From IMG/VR virus record IMGVR_UViG_3300025896_000027: a DNA stretch of 64,000 nt, one strand, 5' to 3'. The stretch comes from an uncultured virus (IMG/VR IMGVR_UViG_3300025896_000027) (taxonomy: Duplodnaviria > Heunggongvirae > Uroviricota > Caudoviricetes > Schitoviridae). Numbering within the stretch: position 1 is the first letter of the stretch; every line of letters begins with the position of its first letter. The notes under the pieces were generated by a model. The model did not search any database. It was not told the origin of the DNA and saw only the letters and a program-made list of their open reading frames with translations. Positions 61,295 to 64,000 of this stretch are shown here, one piece after another. Position numbers and translations under genes: made by a program.

Positions 61295-61385
61295 GTTAAA
61301 TCCGAGATGACATCCTCTATGCACTTACAAAGCTGATAGAGTGCATGCCATCAAGAATTGTTTACGCATACACCAAAGGTGCATC

Positions 61386-61703
61386 ATGAAACGTACTGCC
61401 CCCATCCTTCAATCCAACGTCACCAAAGCTGAAGCGGGTCTTTGGCATGAGACGGGGGGTTTTGTTCATTCAGTTGAAGCCATGTTGGCTCCTGGTGCCA
61501 CGGCTGCTGTGATTGACATCTATGGCAGTAACTTGGGCAAAGGTAAGGGAGTGAAGTTCGCCACCATTACCTTGTCTGCTGACACTCCTACTGATGGCTT
61601 CACTGCTGGCATTCGTGCAGATGGCTGGATGTATGTTCGCTCTACAGTTGTGTCTAACACAGGGACTGTTGAAGCAATCGCAGCTTGTGTTGGACAGGAG
61701 TAA
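61386..61703 (+). CDS. hypothetical beta-rich virion-associated protein
   Basis: MKRTAPILQ...IDIYGSN...WMYVR; AAAGG RBS. Confidence 0.7.
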   Translation: MKRTAPILQSNVTKAEAGLWHETGGFVHSVEAMLAPGATAAVIDIYGSNLGKGKGVKFATITLSADTPTDGFTAGIRADGWMYVRSTVVSNTGTVEAIAACVGQE

Positions 61704-61705
61704 TC

Positions 61706-62287
61706 ATGTCAGTAACCATCATCGATAAGCAGTTACCTCAGCCTGTTGGCACCTCTGGCGCGGAGTTCGTGCCTGGGGATGCGGGATCACCCTGGGTATT
61801 CGCTGCCTCCAGCTTTGGAACCAAACGCGTCGGCGATGGCACTGCGGATACTGCGACACCTGCGGTCATGATCCCTGCCGATGTGGTGATTCCTCCAGGC
61901 ATTCTGACTGTCGGCACCTGTGTTGAAATCTATTGGGAGATTACGCACACGACGGCCAGTGGCAACTTCGATCCTGTGGTTTACCCAGTGCTGTCGTCCT
62001 ACCCGAACAGCTTGGGGTGCGATGGCCTGCGGATTCAGCCTGGTGGTGCAGCCACGGAGCGTGGCGGCTCCGGACTGCTGCGGTTCGTCGTCGATACCCC
62101 AGCGAGCCAGCACATTCTGGCGAACCCGGCAAACCTGGGGGACACGGGCAACCCGCCGCAGAAGACGACTTGGGATGTCCTGAACAACGGGCTGAACATC
62201 AACCTCGTCAGCGAATTCCCTGCCAACGCCCCCGCTTCAGAGTCTGTGACGCTGAAGTATTACTCCATCACCATCGTGAAGGCCTGA
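61706..62287 (+). CDS. hypothetical beta-sandwich protein (tail appendage cluster)
   Basis: MSVTIIDKQ...; AGGAG RBS; abuts the next gene. Confidence 0.7.
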   Translation: MSVTIIDKQLPQPVGTSGAEFVPGDAGSPWVFAASSFGTKRVGDGTADTATPAVMIPADVVIPPGILTVGTCVEIYWEITHTTASGNFDPVVYPVLSSYPNSLGCDGLRIQPGGAATERGGSGLLRFVVDTPASQHILANPANLGDTGNPPQKTTWDVLNNGLNINLVSEFPANAPASESVTLKYYSITIVKA

Positions 62288-62288
62288 C

Positions 62289-63746
62289 ATGCCAGATTAC
62301 AACGCAATTCTTTCTGGGGGCGGTCTTCGCCCAGATACGGTCGTTGACCTCTCCAAAGTCGTCGGCCAAACGTGGACAGACGGCACAAGTTTCGCCGTGC
62401 CGACGGAGGCAGATCAGTTTCTGTCCAACCAACCTGCGGTGCTGGGGATCGTGGAGATCCTAAAGTCCAACGCGACCCCGGTCACGGTTACTGATCGCTT
62501 TTTCGGCGGTCACGTGAACCCAGACGGATCGGCTCTGGACAAGTACCCTGCGAAGATCAAATATCTACGCAGTGTTGACTTCGATCCTGCTGACACCGGG
62601 GTGTTCGTCTGGCGTGATATTCAGCCAACAGGCAGTGGTCCTGGTGATGGCGGTCCCTTTGTGTGGGATGTCGTTGATCGGTACTTGCAGGTCTGCAAGG
62701 ATCGTGACTTGATCCCGTACATCTGCCTGCATTGCCCGCCTGACTGGGCCGTGGCGAGCCAAGATTGGGCGCAGGGGGAAGTCATCGGTACCGTCGGCGT
62801 CGTTCGTAAACGTGGGTCGTACTACTACACCGCGATCACAACCGGAACTTGTGGAGCTACCTCGCCGACACACACAGGTGTGTCACCTAGTCCCATTGAC
62901 GCGTCTGATGGTGGTGTTACTTGGCGTTCGGCTGCTCTGGCTCAGTCTGGTTATGGCGGCAAGGCCAACCTGCCGTCCACGTTCTCGTCGGACCTGTATA
63001 TCTACGCGCTTGCAGTCGCTGATCGGGTGAAGAACGTCCACGGCATTACCGAGGCTGTTTTCGAGCCACTGAACGAAGTGAACCTGCTTGTGCACTGGGC
63101 AGGTACAGACGCACAGATGGCAGAGGCTGTACGGCAGGTCTACAACGCAGTCGCCCCACTTGGCTTCCAAGTCCACGCCCCGAATCTCTGGTTCGGTGGG
63201 TCTGTCACGGATGCAGAGTACACAACCATCGTTGACAACTACATCACTATGCTGAACACGGTGGTGGTGGGTAATGCGATGTGGAAGTATTGCCAAGGCT
63301 TTGGCATCCATACCTACAGTCTGACGCCCGCGAACGTGCGCGACCTGCACCGGGGTGTGCTGCTGTTGAAATCCCGTATCAACAGTGCGCTGATAGGCAA
63401 CAACACCCTGGGCACCAGCCGCAACGCCATGCCGATCTTCGACAATGAGCACGGAACGAACGGTTGCCCCTGCAAGGCTGCTGCAATCATGCAGCGTTTG
63501 GTGATCTTGGCGGGCCTACGCATCAACGCCAGCTTCTACTACGCCATCAATTCGACAGATGGTACTGGGCCGAGTCTGGGCCTGGGCAAGTACACCGCCG
63601 ACTGGAACCGTATCCAGGAGATCCTGCTCAGTGGCCCACTGACGGTGGTCAACATCCTGCCAAACGGCTCGGTGGCATTCGTGGTCGGCGGCAAGCAGTA
63701 CCGCATTGATTGGGTTGAAGATAACCCACTTGTTGCATTGACTTAA
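62289..63746 (+). CDS. clan GH-A glycoside hydrolase (GH39/GH5-like), putative polysaccharide depolymerase
   Basis: WRDIQP...FVWDVVD, PPDWA, acid/base FEPLNEVN, GIHTY, nucleophile IFDNEHG. Confidence 0.75.
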   Translation: MPDYNAILSGGGLRPDTVVDLSKVVGQTWTDGTSFAVPTEADQFLSNQPAVLGIVEILKSNATPVTVTDRFFGGHVNPDGSALDKYPAKIKYLRSVDFDPADTGVFVWRDIQPTGSGPGDGGPFVWDVVDRYLQVCKDRDLIPYICLHCPPDWAVASQDWAQGEVIGTVGVVRKRGSYYYTAITTGTCGATSPTHTGVSPSPIDASDGGVTWRSAALAQSGYGGKANLPSTFSSDLYIYALAVADRVKNVHGITEAVFEPLNEVNLLVHWAGTDAQMAEAVRQVYNAVAPLGFQVHAPNLWFGGSVTDAEYTTIVDNYITMLNTVVVGNAMWKYCQGFGIHTYSLTPANVRDLHRGVLLLKSRINSALIGNNTLGTSRNAMPIFDNEHGTNGCPCKAAAIMQRLVILAGLRINASFYYAINSTDGTGPSLGLGKYTADWNRIQEILLSGPLTVVNILPNGSVAFVVGGKQYRIDWVEDNPLVALT

Positions 63747-64000
63747 GTAGCCCACCCAGGCCACATGATTCAAGCACTCACCTGAAAGCCCAACCATGGA
63801 ACTCTCACTCTCCACCGCCATCGGCCGCAACACCCTGCACTTGGGTCTGACGGGCTCATCTTAAGTCGTGGCCGGACCCACTGCCGCCTATGAGCAGGGG
63901 GCCGTCCTACCAGTAATGCAATACACATGGCTTGCCATGTTGAGGTACCCATATGCCCGTTATTCGTATCGATAAAAAACTGAACCAGCCTGGTAGTCAT

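Overview
This window is most of the genome of a lytic N4-like phage (Schitoviridae), apparently circularly permuted. Hallmarks are a 3724-aa virion RNA polymerase (35923-47097), a two-subunit RNAP II (15607-18017), an N4 gp2-like ssDNA-binding co-activator, and the N4-type terminase/portal/capsid/ejection module (21104-35833). The early region starts near 20.7 kb and runs leftward on the minus strand from five conserved template-strand hairpin promoters into the middle genes: AAA ATPase/vWA-peptidase, helicase, and a DNA polymerase A split in two by an HNH endonuclease. The physical genome ends probably lie near 20.7-21.1 kb, next to tRNA-Asn and tRNA-Tyr. The rest of the replication/nucleotide module (thyX, class II nrdJ, exonuclease, primase, SSB, RuvC-like resolvase) is at 47.1-57.3 kb, followed by a divergent tail-fibre/glycoside-hydrolase cluster. 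I saw no integrase, CRISPR array or recognisable lysis cassette. The most interesting items are a 41-aa 'headless' type IV pilin, an apparently intron-less and intein-less split polymerase with new terminal extensions, a Tyr-to-Phe change in vRNAP motif B, an ~80-aa capsid insertion, a clan GH-A depolymerase with an inserted binding module, and GAAAG-type ribosome-binding sites suggesting a betaproteobacterial host. All homology calls come from motif recognition and memory of N4-like proteins; no searches were run.
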